From NCBI GenBank assembly GCA_037834085.1, contig JBBMKC010217243.1, forward strand, positions 1 through 34,446: a DNA stretch of 34,446 bases, given 5' to 3'. Under the pieces are notes generated by a model. It saw only the letters and a list, made by a program, of their open reading frames with translations, did not search any database and was not told the DNA's origin. A program made the position numbers and the translations under genes. Source of the DNA: Bipalium vagum. Taxonomy: Eukaryota. Below, piece after piece: positions 13,101 through 24,079 of the stretch; within the stretch, counting starts at the first letter, position 1, and every line of letters begins with the position of its first letter.

Positions 13101-15791
13101 ATTCCAAAAATTTTGCCATGGTGAAGAGAGCCTTGAAGGTCACGTTAACCAAGAAGATCTTGATGACAATGTCTTGAAGAGTGGTTGAAAAAAATCGTCA
13201 AGCAACCTTTCGGGAGCTTGCAAGGGATCTTAATTCTGCTCACATTACTATTGAGAGTGGACTGAACGTATTTGAAAGAAAAAAGCTCGAAAAATAGGTG
13301 CCGTTTGAATTGAAAAAAAGCGCATAAATTGCCATTATGAGGTCTGTTCAAAATATTTGCAGCGTCTCGCAATCCTCCATTTTCTCGATCGGATTGTTGA
13401 TAATCATTATTTAAAAATCAATTAGTTTATTCACATAACAATTATAATAGTCATTCAACCGTAACGCCTCTATGTTTATTCTGTACAAAACAGAAATGTG
13501 TTTGAATTTTTTAAAGTCATTATTTTATAAGAAATATGAACGAATAAAATTATATATGAAACTAAATATCATTCAATGTCTACCACGACCTTGTCTGCAG
13601 GCATCAAATCGAAAATACACAGTATTTTTGTAACAAGGTCCATTTTCATAATAGATTGTTGCACAATGTATGAATTCATGGATACAATTGTAATAATGAA
13701 TATTTAAACAATTTATATTATATTAAAAAGGATTTGGCACATATTTTTTAAATAGCTTAAACACACAGGCGTCACCATTGGAAGACCCTTTATATACACT
13801 CAGAGATAAATGAAGATACTCTAAGTTGAACTGACATTATATATTCCAAAGGTATTCAAAAATCTGGATAAATAATTTCAAACACATTCCCTTAATATTA
13901 AAAAAATAAGATAAGATGAAAGTATTTTATCTCATTATTTGAGCATTTTATTTTATTTTCAAGTTTTCCTCATTTTTGTATTTAATTTGTAAAAATGATA
14001 CATTTTGTTTTCAGAAATATCTAACCAAATCTGATCAAATGCTCCGCAAAACTTTGCTAAACAGATGTAGAACAATACAAATTGAGCAATTCGATCCGGA
14101 TCAAATCTTTTTTCATTCTAAAATCCAAACTACAGAGGTATTAAGAACTGTAGAGATTTACTCTGTGTCCTTCATAGGAATTAAATTACTGTACAAGACA
14201 CCCATAAAAGCAGGTATTCTTTAAAAATACACTTTTTTTAAAAAAGTTGAATAATGAAATCTTATACAATATTAAAAATGTTTCAATTTTATTCAACAGC
14301 GAATGGTATATTCATATAAAACCTTTATTCCAAACATAATTCAAATTTTATAAAAAGTAATTCTTTTTAGTGACTTTCTAATCTAAGTGTATTATTAATA
14401 TAGTGCATCCCATAAAAATTACTGTTTTTGATATACTCACATTAAATTAAATTACTTGCTGTAATAAGGATTAATAAACTATTGATTTTTGTATGAAAAA
14501 TTACATCGGTTGGTTAATAACATAGTGAAATTAACTTAATAGATATGTGTGGACAGTAAGGCACTGGTTTTCGAAATTCAATTCTGGTGATATCAACATC
14601 CAACAGATTCTAGAGACATTTGGTCGCCAAAGACGATGATCTACTGGATTATGTAGATTAAGGTCTGTCTCAATAAATTCGTAAATTATTTGCTCAAAAA
14701 TGCCATTCAAAATCTATAATTCATCGGCAATTTCGATGTATTGGCAAAAATATAGATCCTCGAATGGACCCACATTAACTGACAGATTCGCAAGTTGATA
14801 AATTTTTTCAAATTTATAAAAATTTGTTGGATAACCCATTAGATAAGCGGTTTTCCAAAGAATTGTCGCTATGAATGAAAAGTTTTTTTTTATGAATAAT
14901 CCATTAGAAAATGACAAAGATTATCAACAAATAACCCACATTATGGCGGGAATAAGGTGGCTAGATTTGGAAAGAAGTACAAGCTTCAATTTTCCGGAAC
15001 TACAACGGAATTTTAATCTTTGAAATTCTTTCAGATAGTTAAAGTATTAACTCAGATATCTATTCTGCACAATTGAATCGACTTCACAAAATTCTCACAA
15101 AAATATCATATTTTAATCAATCGGAAAAGAGCTCCATTATAAGAGAAGAACGGAAAATCTCATACCAAGAAAGTCCACGGAAACTACAAAATATTGAGGG
15201 AATTGAAGTATTACCACATCCTCCAAACTTCCCCGACGTCACAACATCAGACTTCCACTTGTTCCGTGCCGTTCCACTTGTTTTCAGAACAAGGAAGACC
15301 TGGAAAGAGACCCTCAGCGTTTTTTGAATTTAAATCTCCAAAACAAGATTCTCAAAATGCAGAACATTAGGTCTTTGTGTGTGAGAACGCTGAATTTTAA
15401 TTTAGTTCATAATTTTTTGATTAAACAAAAATTTTGTATTGAATTTTTTGAATTAAAGTGATTTTTTATGGGAAACCGTAAAGTAAGACTTGAAAAATAA
15501 AATTTTTCTAGAATTATTTAACATTTTTTTGAATTATAATTAATTTTTGGAATCCTAACGTAAATGATTTATCTTAGAGCTTTCGAAGGAGAAACAAATA
15601 ACCATTATTATCAGCATAATAATCATTCTTCTGTTTGTTGTGGTGTTCCTAGTTTTAGGAAAACGAAATCCAGATTTATTTCGGAGGTAGTGCTATATTA
15701 ATATTTCACTTATTTTTGATGTTTTAGATTGGTGAATCGAAATATTGATGAAAATCGAGATTCTTTTGTGATGGAAATGCAAGAAATCTGA
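4127..15791 (+). CDS. Type I transmembrane multi-FN3 + kringle receptor-like protein with a short cytoplasmic tail (~1048 aa, 17 exons)
   Basis: All junctions are GT-AG and phase-compatible. Exons: 4127-4291, 4340-4599, 4647-4951, 5000-5139, 5182-5350, 5396-5589, 5650-5836, 6462-6683, 6734-6903, 6947-7142, 7193-7477, 7520-7672, 11652-11792, 11839-12026, 14015-14213, 15578-15686, 15728-15791 (3147 nt, no internal stop). Signal peptide: MNFFILFSCAVFTCLPVLMIG. FN3 signatures: ISVSWNHP...LKEKSHYQFCI, MYIKWEK...LRHCCEYCIQIAS, VLNWKY...LKKNVIYTVKVRAES. Kringle in exon 8. TM: ITIIISIIIILLFVVVFLVLG followed by KR. AATAAA follows the TGA at 15793. Three in-frame introns (4952-4999, 5140-5181, 7478-7519) are the least certain. 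Confidence 0.85.
6462..6683 (+). other. Kringle-domain exon (phase 1-1) of the FN3 receptor gene
   Basis: DCYYPGEEYKGIKSVTKDGYTCTYW...NICSS...YPWCMSKNGWKECDVPPC has the six kringle cysteines and the Y-x-G, T-x-x-G-x-x-C-x-x-W, PWC and C-D-V-P-x-C motifs. Confidence 0.9.
7703..9016 (+). mobile_element. Degenerate Tc1-family transposon inside receptor intron 12
   Basis: Relic transposase: HTH and LERRKGSGRVRKL (about 8010-8185), and DLNPIENLWELK (8728-8763, the Tc1 SPDLNPIENLW motif). Imperfect inverted ends: TATAATTATCACAAAAAT at 7703 and ATTTGTTGTGATAACTATA ending near 9016. Many stops and frameshifts. Confidence 0.75.
9200..9480 (-). mobile_element. Mariner transposase C-terminal relic
   Basis: The minus strand gives VFLHNNPR...EVL*QFPYSLDISQADYHVFLS, a decayed form of mariner HDNA.PH and HPPYSPDLAPSDYHLF. 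Confidence 0.7.
9500..10175 (-). pseudogene. Decayed spliced orphan coding sequence nested antisense in receptor intron 12
   Basis: Exon-like blocks with a GTAAGA donor (9957) and a TGCAG acceptor (9891): LIPYE*LFVTGDKKFIEGYFDIILASKLPFVPNIG*LVKE|GCFYCMNLSSALLEIIDKIGKHWKINKW.... There are two in-frame stops and no recognisable family. Confidence 0.35.
12785..13405 (+). mobile_element. 5' half of a mariner element (relic) in receptor intron 14
   Basis: The plus strand 13090-13400 reads approximately QR*FQKFCHGEESLE...DDNVLK..VEKNRQATFRELARDL...KKLEK*VPFEL...PFLDRIV, matching the mariner N-terminus and WVPHEL motif. A TIR-like TATTATGTGGGCCGGAAA lies near 12785. Confidence 0.75.
14401..15478 (+). 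mobile_element. Mariner relic with both TIRs in receptor intron 15
   Basis: The left end TA|TAGTGCATCCCATAAAAATTAC and right end GTGATTTTTTATGGGAAACCG|TA are imperfect inverted repeats. Internal IVAMNEKF (decayed DEKW) and IEVLPHPPNFPDVTTSDFHLFR (ORF 15073-15327). Confidence 0.85.
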
Positions 15792-15999
15792 AAATAAAAA
15801 TAATCGTCTTTTGTTTCTTGAAACATTCATAAATAAATATTTTCTGGGTAAACACGCCGTTTAGGTCACAAAGTTATCTTTTGTTTTAATATTGGTCTTT
15901 TAACAAAAATAGAATTTTTATATTATTATTCCGATCAAAAGCAAGGTAGTCACGATTCACTAATGCTAGTCATTTCTCCTTTAGTGTTTTTTGAGTAAA

Positions 16000-17010
16000 G
16001 AAACCAAGTTGATAACAATATTATTTCACAATGATACTTTCCTCAGCCTAAAAGAAATAATCATAAACTATACCAGCCCTTGACCACCAAATAGGGATTA
16101 TTATTTTGCTTTAGATATTAGCTTGTTGATTGTATTAGTTCGAGTTTTCATGATTTTAAATTTTTAAACTAGCCAATGAATGCTGCATTAACCTGAATAA
16201 ATGGTAGTCCGAGGAGGCCAATTCAGAGCTATATGGCAAATGAAACAGAAATTTCCAATGAATTTCTTTAATTTTTCCTTGAACAAATTTTGCTACCTGT
16301 GGTCTACCGCTGTTCGTCATAAAATCTATTTCTCCTATATTCACGCTGTGTAATTGAAGTACTTAATATACGCGATCTAATAGTTTTACGTACAGAGCAC
16401 ATGTGATTGTCTGACCAGGATTCAGCGCTTCAAAGTAAACTAAGCCATCCGTACTCCACCACATACACAATAGCTTTTAAATCGTGCATTTTCTATTTAG
16501 GAGTCCTCATTTGGCTTTCACTAGAACTAAACTTCTGCTATTTTCTACAGAAAATTCAAAATGTATGCACTTGTCACCCGATGTATGGATTGTTTCAACA
16601 AAAGCACTAATCTTAGATTTGAGCAATAACAGTTACCAAATTTAACACGTACTGCCATGTTTCAAGACTATGTTGATGTGCCATTCATCTTTCCATCTCT
16701 GTTTTGTTAATTGAATGTATATCATTTCCTATGGCTACGTGGTTGCATTTAAACCTCTCAGCATATTCTGGATTAGTTTGTCCAGGAGATGTCTCAATGA
16801 ATTCTTTTAAATCATTATTATCTACCGTTTGAGGAGGTCGTTCATGTTGATAACTTTTAGATCAAAATTTCCATGTTTAAATCTTTGAAACCATATACTG
16901 AATTGACTATTACTAATTATAATGTCATCAAACACATCGAATATTGGTTCATATGATTCTCCGACAGTCTTTGATTTTTAAAATTGTTGGGTTGGAGCAA
17001 AGACACAACC
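16000..17010 (-). mobile_element. Degenerate mariner transposon
   Basis: The minus strand has WFQRFKHGNFDL near 16860-16895, GDKCIHF (decayed GDEKWI) near 16560-16580, and WKFLFHLPYSSELASSDYHLFRLMQHSL (ORF 16156-16344). Boundaries are approximate. Confidence 0.85.
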
Positions 17011-17189
17011 CTTTAACCATTAAAATCATAAAATCGCTAAAGGGTTTAGAATAATATAATAATAAATAATAATAATTCAAGAAATAATATAATTATAATT
17101 AAAAGTAAAAACATTAATAATAATAAAATATTTTTAAAATCTTTGATATTTTAATTCTGACAATTGCGAAAGACAAGTTGCCAATATTA

Positions 17190-19935
17190 GATCAGAGTCC
17201 GCAAATAGGGACTAAAAACAGACAGAATTTACAAGTTTTAAAAATGAACGAGGAAACTAGAACAGACATAAGTACGTAGCCTTTTGAGGGATAATTTAGA
17301 ATTTTATCAATTATCTTGAAAAAAATAATATACCGGAGAGTTCTTAAAATTTGCACGAAAATAATCGATTTCAAGAAGACTACCAATCCAACTAAATATA
17401 TTTTCTAATATATCCTGACAGCGCTTTATCCAAAGTATTCAACATCCCTACCTGCATCATCCATCGGTATAATCATTGGAATCGTGGTTCTACATAAGAA
17501 GCAAATTTTTTCTCAACTAAGAAATGTTGCATTACCTGGAACAGGTGGTAGGCAAAATATGGAATGTTCATAGTACAATGATAATAAGATAATTATTGAC
17601 TCCATTTCTGTTTGCTAATGCTGGTCACTTTTTTCAATTTTACTTTTCAAACTCTAGATGAGCACAAAATGATGATGTTCTTATTGTTTCATCAAACTGT
17701 AAAAGCTCGAAATGTATAATAAGTTTAAGTATCTATAAATTACACTACTCTACAAATTTAAACTTTTTTGGATCGGAAACAACATTATGATAATAAGGTA
17801 TATTTTTTGCAGCTTATTACGAATATGAAGTCCTTTTTCCTGCAAGACATCTGGTTTAGGCAAAATACATTTTAAAGGAAAATAAGAAAAACACTTAATT
17901 TAAAAATAATAAAATAAATAATAATATAAATAAAATAAGTAATACATTAAAGACATGTTAATTATTTCTTTTTAAATGACTCTCATTTGTCAAGTTATAA
18001 AATGTTATAAATTTTTCAAACATGGATTTTAGAGGTTTCGAGTCTTTTGTAAGGGATGTGTTTGTATAAAGATTTCTCCATTATAATTATGCAGGCTGTG
18101 ATATACCCTGTCACCCATATTTCTATGCATCAGCTAATAAAACCTGGTGACAGTCAATCAGATAATCTGCATTATTAAGTTTTATTTATGTCACAAAAGA
18201 ATTGTTTTATTTCTTTGCCAATTTTTATTATTAAGTAAAAGCTTGTGTTACAAAAGAAAAGTAAAAATAATTTTTTATTTCTATGCCAATTTTGACAATA
18301 TTCAAACTTTTATAAAACTGAAACATTTCTCGTTTTAACTTAATCATATTTAAAAAGTAGTTTAATAAAAACACGCTCTCAGCCAAAGCGAAACAAAATC
18401 TCTTTAACATCTCTGAGATCATTTGTGAAGTTTTCTGATTTCTCCAAGATTTCTGATCAAAATTGAATACACATTTTATTTCAGTAAAACTGCATTTGAT
18501 CAATCGGTTACGGCATGCGAGAGATAACAAAAAATGATCCTAAAGATCGCAGATAAGTTAAATATATTATCAAATTCTGATTGGTCTAAATTATTATGGA
18601 TATTCTTTTTTAAATTAATCAGAGGAAATACTAACAACAAATTGGATTTTAATTTTTCCCTGTTTGGATGTTAATCTTTGATTGTCGATCTTTATTAATA
18701 ATAATACGGAAATCATGAATGTTATCAAAAATGTTCATAATCACTTTAACTTCTTCATTAACTTTGCCTTTTCGTAAAACGCAATTCATTAAATGGTCCA
18801 AGACTTTACTGGTTCTGCTGGATTGCGAATGCTTACTAAGATGTGACCTGAGATGACGCTCTGTTTCCAATCTGTATAAGCTATTACATTAATGACATTT
18901 CAATTGGTACAAAATATATTAACTTGCAATATAACTGGTGTCGACGTTTTAATTTTTAATTAATTCTTCGTTTTCGCTATAATTGAAATTACTTTCAGAT
19001 CTTCTTTTTTTGGTTTTTCCATTACCTTTTAGAAGGTTTAACCATGTTGAGAATGTAATCTTCTTTTCTACTTTCTTTTGAAATTGTCTTTCTCAGTTAT
19101 TAATTTTTTCATTGATATTTTCCTTTCATTCTATAAAGGTTATGTATTCTTTGTTAATCCTTGTTTAAAAATATCAAATTCCTTGTGTTTCTCTACAGAG
19201 CCTGATGTTATTGACCATACTATATGAATTAAGTCTTCCATTAAGCCAGTTTACAATTATTCTTCACTGAAAATATTGCTTGAAGCATATAATACTGTAT
19301 TCGACTCTTTTCTATATAAACTGGTCTATGATTTAATATTCCTTTTCTTTGTTTTGATAAAGCATCTGAAAATGTCAGGTTCAAAATGATACCCATGTTA
19401 TTATCATAAAATGCAATCAATATTTCTTAAAATTTTGATTTGCTCTGATGTGCTTTTTTAATTCTTGGAAAAGAGGGCATTTTCCAATGCATGAATTGTC
19501 TTTTTGTTTCTGGGTCGTATTGAAAGATCCAGGTTTCGTCAAGAACTTTTTTAGAAGATCGGGATCTTCCTCAATATGTTCTAGCATAGTGTCACAAGTA
19601 ATGTATTTTCACAATGCCATATTATTTACAGCTTATCAATATTAGAAACAAGCGATTTTTCATCACCGGAAATCGTTATCTTTAAGAATCCATTAAGAGC
19701 TTTTTTGGTACAAGTTTATATAGTGTACAAATATTTTCTATAGATTACACTAAGCTATCATATCAACATTTAAAACCTTTGAGAAATTATGGATTGCTAT
19801 ATCTAACAAATTTCTTCGATTTCTCAAGATTTTCATAACAATTTCTTTCAATTTTCGATAATATATTGTTGCATTTGACCTCAAAATGTCTACTTCAAAT
19901 TCCAATTCTTTAACGATACCAACTCTAAACATCGT
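17190..19935 (-). pseudogene. Decayed multi-exon orphan coding region interrupted by a mariner relic
   Basis: Consecutive minus-strand ORF blocks (19750-19932, 18649-18870, 18231-18530, 17192-17386) have plausible splice sites, such as acceptors at 18872 and 18540 and a 46 bp GTAATG...TGTAG intron at 17535-17490. No stop-free path could be built. Confidence 0.3.
19210..19700 (-). mobile_element. Mariner transposase relic
   Basis: The antisense of ORF 19448-19645 reads DETWIFQYDPETKRQFMHWKMPSFPRIKKAHQSK, the conserved mariner block after the first catalytic Asp. Confidence 0.85.
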
Positions 19936-20027
19936 TTGACAGGAGAACCATTAGCAATTAAAAACAATATTAAATTTAAAAAGTTAGTTATTTCGTGTTA
20001 GTTTTCATTGTTAGGAAACTTTGAAGA

Positions 20028-20219
20028 CAGTTAAACGTGTTCAAGTTGAACATTCATCGAAATGAACAAATTTTTAAATGTTTTGAAACGACGTGCCTTT
20101 GTTGTAATGGTCATAATCTTCTTTGTCAAATATTTTCTCTTGGGTATGTTGAACGTTTTATTATTTGAAAATTAGCGGATTATTGGTCCCATGATGTTCA
20201 ACCTAATCAGGTTCTACTG
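20028..20219. mobile_element. MITE (192 bp), Tc1/mariner-pogo type
   Basis: Imperfect TIRs: CAGTTAAACGTGTTCAAGTTGAACAT (left) and CAGTAGAACCTGATTAGGTTGAACAT (right, reverse complement). TA flanks the right end and GA the left. No coding capacity. Confidence 0.75.
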
Positions 20220-20275
20220 TATAAAACTAAATAATCAATTTGGTTACCTAATGAAAATTTATGATAAATGATATC

Positions 20276-20436
20276 TGTAAGCACACTCAGAGTCTGATTG
20301 AAACATTTATTAATCACAAGTTTGAAAACTGCCTTTTCACCAAGATCAGTCAATTCAAAAAAATCTTTCTAAATTTTATATTGGTAATTAATATATATTA
20401 ATTAAAAATTCATGAAGACTTAAGCTTTTTCTGATA
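20276..20436 (-). repeat. 3' LTR of the gypsy relic (~160 bp)
   Basis: It follows the integrase end, shares ~34 bp with 23091-23124, contains AATAAA on the minus strand and ends ...GTGTGCTTACA. Confidence 0.6.
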
Positions 20437-22999
20437 CTTCCGCTGTTAAGAATCGGTTTAGCTTTTCGACATTTCGTTCCAGTTTTCGTCCTTCTTCATT
20501 TTCCAATATATACCGTCTATTGTGTCCATAAATCTCTCTTGGCCTTTGTTTCGAATTTCCATTTCTACCAGAACATTATCTCTAACTTCGAACTTTCTTT
20601 TAGTGAGGATTGATGGATATCAAAATCCACTGACTTAGTATAGCCTTAGTCACAGTTTGTTTGTCCTGTGAAGGTAGTGCAGTCAAAGAAATATAAGTAT
20701 CATACTGATCTATGATTCCCAGATTATGATTACCTTTTCCACCCCGAGGCCTTTTTTAACGGACCACAAATATCTACATATATGTTCTCGAACATTTATA
20801 GAACGTCTAGCTTGTATGTCTTTTCCATTGTCTTTGTTGTTGAAGTGTTAAAACGTTGACAATATTCACATGTTTTTAATATCTCTCTTACCTTTTCTTC
20901 TAGATTCTTTACTCTAAATTTATTGCTTGTATAGTACGCAACTTTTTAGATCCCACATGGGCTAGCTTTCCATGCGTTGCTTCGATAACTTTCTCTAGAT
21001 CTTTGTTACTTGGCATTTTCTTTCTTAATATCATCTAATTTCCTTGTCTGGATCTTATCTCGCTTTGAGTCTTCATGATATATCAGACATTGTGTGCAAA
21101 TATCACATTTCGGTCGAGATAAACATTGGTATTGTTTTACATTGAGCCTTTTTTGTATTCCAACCTGATGTCTAAAGAGCTCAAAAAATTTATTCATATC
21201 TGAAACTGAGACATTATTGGCCTTTTTGTCTTCACCATGAACGTGATAGCTTTGTGATCGACATGTAGTGTAAAACTTTTCCCATACAAGTAATGATTGA
21301 AAGGCTTGCAAACATAGTAGATTGTTAGTAGTTCTTTCTGGGTAATACAATATCCTTTCTTATGACTAGACATTGTATGCGACCCACGCGCAATTACTTT
21401 TTCTCGACCTTTCTCCTTTTTCTGTGATAATACCACTCCTATTGTGTCGAAGCTTGCATCCGTATCTAGAATAAATTCTCTTTGGACATCTGGTATGCAA
21501 CGGTAGTTAACGCTTTTCTTAGGTCTTCGAATGTTCTGTGTTACCTATCCATTCCAGTCGCTTGCTATCCACACTACACAGTTGTTCAAACGCCCTAGTC
21601 TTTTATAAACTTTCAATAATACTTGCATATGCCTAGAAAGCTACGTAGGATCTTAATGCATTTAGGTCCTGAGAAATTTCTTATAGCTTAAATCTTTGTT
21701 GGGTCCGACTAAATCACATTTTTGTTAACGATATGTGCCAAAATTTTGATTTCCTGTCTGAGAAATTGACACTTATCGGGATTTATCCTTAATCTGGCCT
21801 TTTTAATTCTTTAAATTACGTTATCCAATCTATCGTAATGGTATTTTCTATTTCCTGAAAATATCAGTATGTCGTCCAAATATACTAATGCTCTTTTGCT
21901 CTTTCCTACGATCTTCAGCATCTATTTCTGAAAAAATCAGGGGGCTGCTGCAATTCCAAAAGGCATTCGGTTGAAACAGAATTGTACCCATTTCGTAGAG
22001 AAAGCAGATTTTTCTTTGATGGGTCATCTAATTCTATCTTATAGTATACGTTATCCAGATCAAGTGAACTGAAAATCTTTGCTCCACCCACCAATCCATC
22101 ATTTCCTCAATATTTGGCATCGAGAAAGCTGGTTCTTTCGTCACTATATTCTGGTCTGAAGTCCAAGAAAAGTCGCAGATCCTTTATATCCTTCTTCAAC
22201 ACACATATCAGAGGCGCGTACGATGGAGAATTACATTTCTTAATAATGTTATTATCGAATAAATTTTTATTGTCTTCTCAATCTTTTCTTCTAAATTTAT
22301 TAGTTACCTAAACGGTTTGACATTGATTAACTCTCCTTTCGTTTTGATTTCATGGTTCATGACGTGTGTTCGATCAATGTCCCATTTATCAGCCATGAAT
22401 GCATCTTTGTATTTCTGAATGATAAATCTAAGTTTCTCGTGGTCTCTTGTATTTATTGAGATCAACACTTTTCTGATTGCCTCGTCCGTCTGTATTAATC
22501 TTCCAAACTTTGGTTCAATTTTACACAAAATTCCATTGAAGTCTTCGCCATTGTCTTTTACAATATTTTCCCCCATTCTTATTGCTTCCGTTGCATAACT
22601 ATATTCTGAACTGTCTCCCTAATGACGTATTTTATATCCAAATAACCTTTGAAAATCGATTCCTGCAATCATCCCCGGTACTGCGTTGTCCATCACAATA
22701 AATTCGACTTCTCGGTACATTCCTTCGTTCCGAACCATCACCTATATCTTTCCTAAGATCATTAGTTTTATATCATTTGCACAGCGTAATTGATCACTTC
22801 TTCCATCCATACCTATCTTCAGTAGTTTCTGAAAACACCTATTACTAATAACAGTTACCACTGCTCTTATGTCTAACAAGCAATCGAACTTTATTCCTTG
22901 AATTTCCATGATTGTGCTCGGTCGGCCTTGCATTCGATCTCATCAAATCTCGGCCACTTGCGTACTTGGAAAATTCTTGTCTTCTACCTGCTCCCTGTT

Positions 23000-23082
23000 C
23001 ACAATCCCCGTTGTTAAGGGCACCTGATTATAAGGGACATTTTCACGCTGTACGAACCGTCCCTTATAACGGGATTTAACTG
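23000..23082. mobile_element. Pogo/Tc1-like DNA transposon end inserted into the gypsy 5' LTR
   Basis: The minus strand reads TA|CAGTTAAATCCCGTTATAAGGGAC...GTCCCTTATAATCAGGTGCCCTTAACAACGGGG. It has a CAGT terminus at TA and subterminal CCCTTA(T/A)AA repeats. A related sequence lies at 27608-27667. Confidence 0.65.
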
Positions 23083-23349
23083 TATATTAAATATATATTG
23101 ATTAAAAATTCATGACGACTTAAGATTTGACAATTCTTTTAAAGAAGCACATTATTTATATTCCAACTTAATTAATAATATTTAACTTTAATTCATTGTC
23201 TCAAGACAGAAAGTTTTAATTGTGATAGGTTTAAAAATTGAAGTATAAGAGTGCTTTTCGTCTTCATAATATTTTATTTTTTAATTGGTCTTTTTTCAAT
23301 GAAATATTTTGTCTAACCGATAAACGAAAAATAAAATTAATTATTTTTT

Positions 23350-24079
23350 ATGAAGTTCCTTGAAATTTTTTCAACGATTTCTCTGCTTAGTGGAGTGCAT
23401 CTATTATGCCCCTTTCCTTATAATATTAAAAATGGAGTATGTGTCTTTGTAAATGAGACTGGAGTTGATGTCTGCAAAGCTTGGAAATCATGTATAAAAA
23501 TTCAAGGTACTCTTGGTTTATCAAAAGATATACGAGCTATTAAAACAACCTTGAAATATCAATTTTATTTCACTGGGATTAGTGATCTCTATAATGAAAG
23601 GTATAAATCAAAAACTGGGTGGTTAGAATTCGATGGAACAGAAATGAAAGATATTGATCTTTGGCATCGAATTGAGCCAGATATGAAACAACAAAGTCAA
23701 GATTGTGTTGTCTATAGAAATGGTTTAGGAGATACTGTTTGTCAAAGCAGATGGCCATTTATTTGTTTTTATAGAAAAGTCCAAATAAAAGACTCGCGAA
23801 CATTTCATATGAGAACATCTATAATTTTTAATCAGGACAATGAGGAAGGCTGCTACGAAATATATGATCTGAAAACCAAAATTAAATGTGCAATCAAGTT
23901 TGATTAGACAATTTTTTAATTTAATAATTAATTAAACATTTAGGTGCCTTCAAGTTCAATATTGCCTGTCTTTTTACTATACTGATTTGAAAAATGTGTC
24001 TTGTATCTTGTCAATCTATTTCGATAGCACATTACCGAAACGTTTTGAGAGACTTGGACAATGGTCAAGATTTTACTAA
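23350..24079 (+). CDS. Secreted C-type lectin + PAN/apple domain protein (227 aa, 2 exons)
   Basis: Exons 23350-23897 and 23944-24079, with a 46 bp phase-2 intron (GTTTGA...TTTAG). Signal peptide is present. Long-form CTLD: CPFPY..NGVCVF, AWKSC..QGTL, FTGISD, WLEFDGT, W..IEPD, DCVVY, D..C...PFIC. PAN-like C-terminus: KCAIKCLQVQYCLSFYY...CILS. AATAAA lies at 24117 and 24151. Confidence 0.88.

Larger units (their letters stand above)
20276..23132 (-). mobile_element. Degenerate Ty3/gypsy LTR retrotransposon (gag missing, integrase core largely deleted)
   Basis: Domain order is PR-RT-RH-INT. Protease: GRPS...FDCLLDIRAVVTVIS (22742-22933). RT: FNRMPFGIAAAP and LVYLDDILIFS (about 21855-21980). 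RNase H: FILDTDASFDTIGVVLSQ, TQKELL, YLYGKSFTLHVDHKAI. Integrase: CEYC, VDICGP and C-terminal YILENEEGRKLERNVEKL. A direct repeat ATATATATT(A/G)ATTAAAAATTCATGA(A/C)GACTTAAG occurs at 20391 and 23091. TG starts at 23132 and CA ends at 20276 on the minus strand. No clean TSD. Confidence 0.92.
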
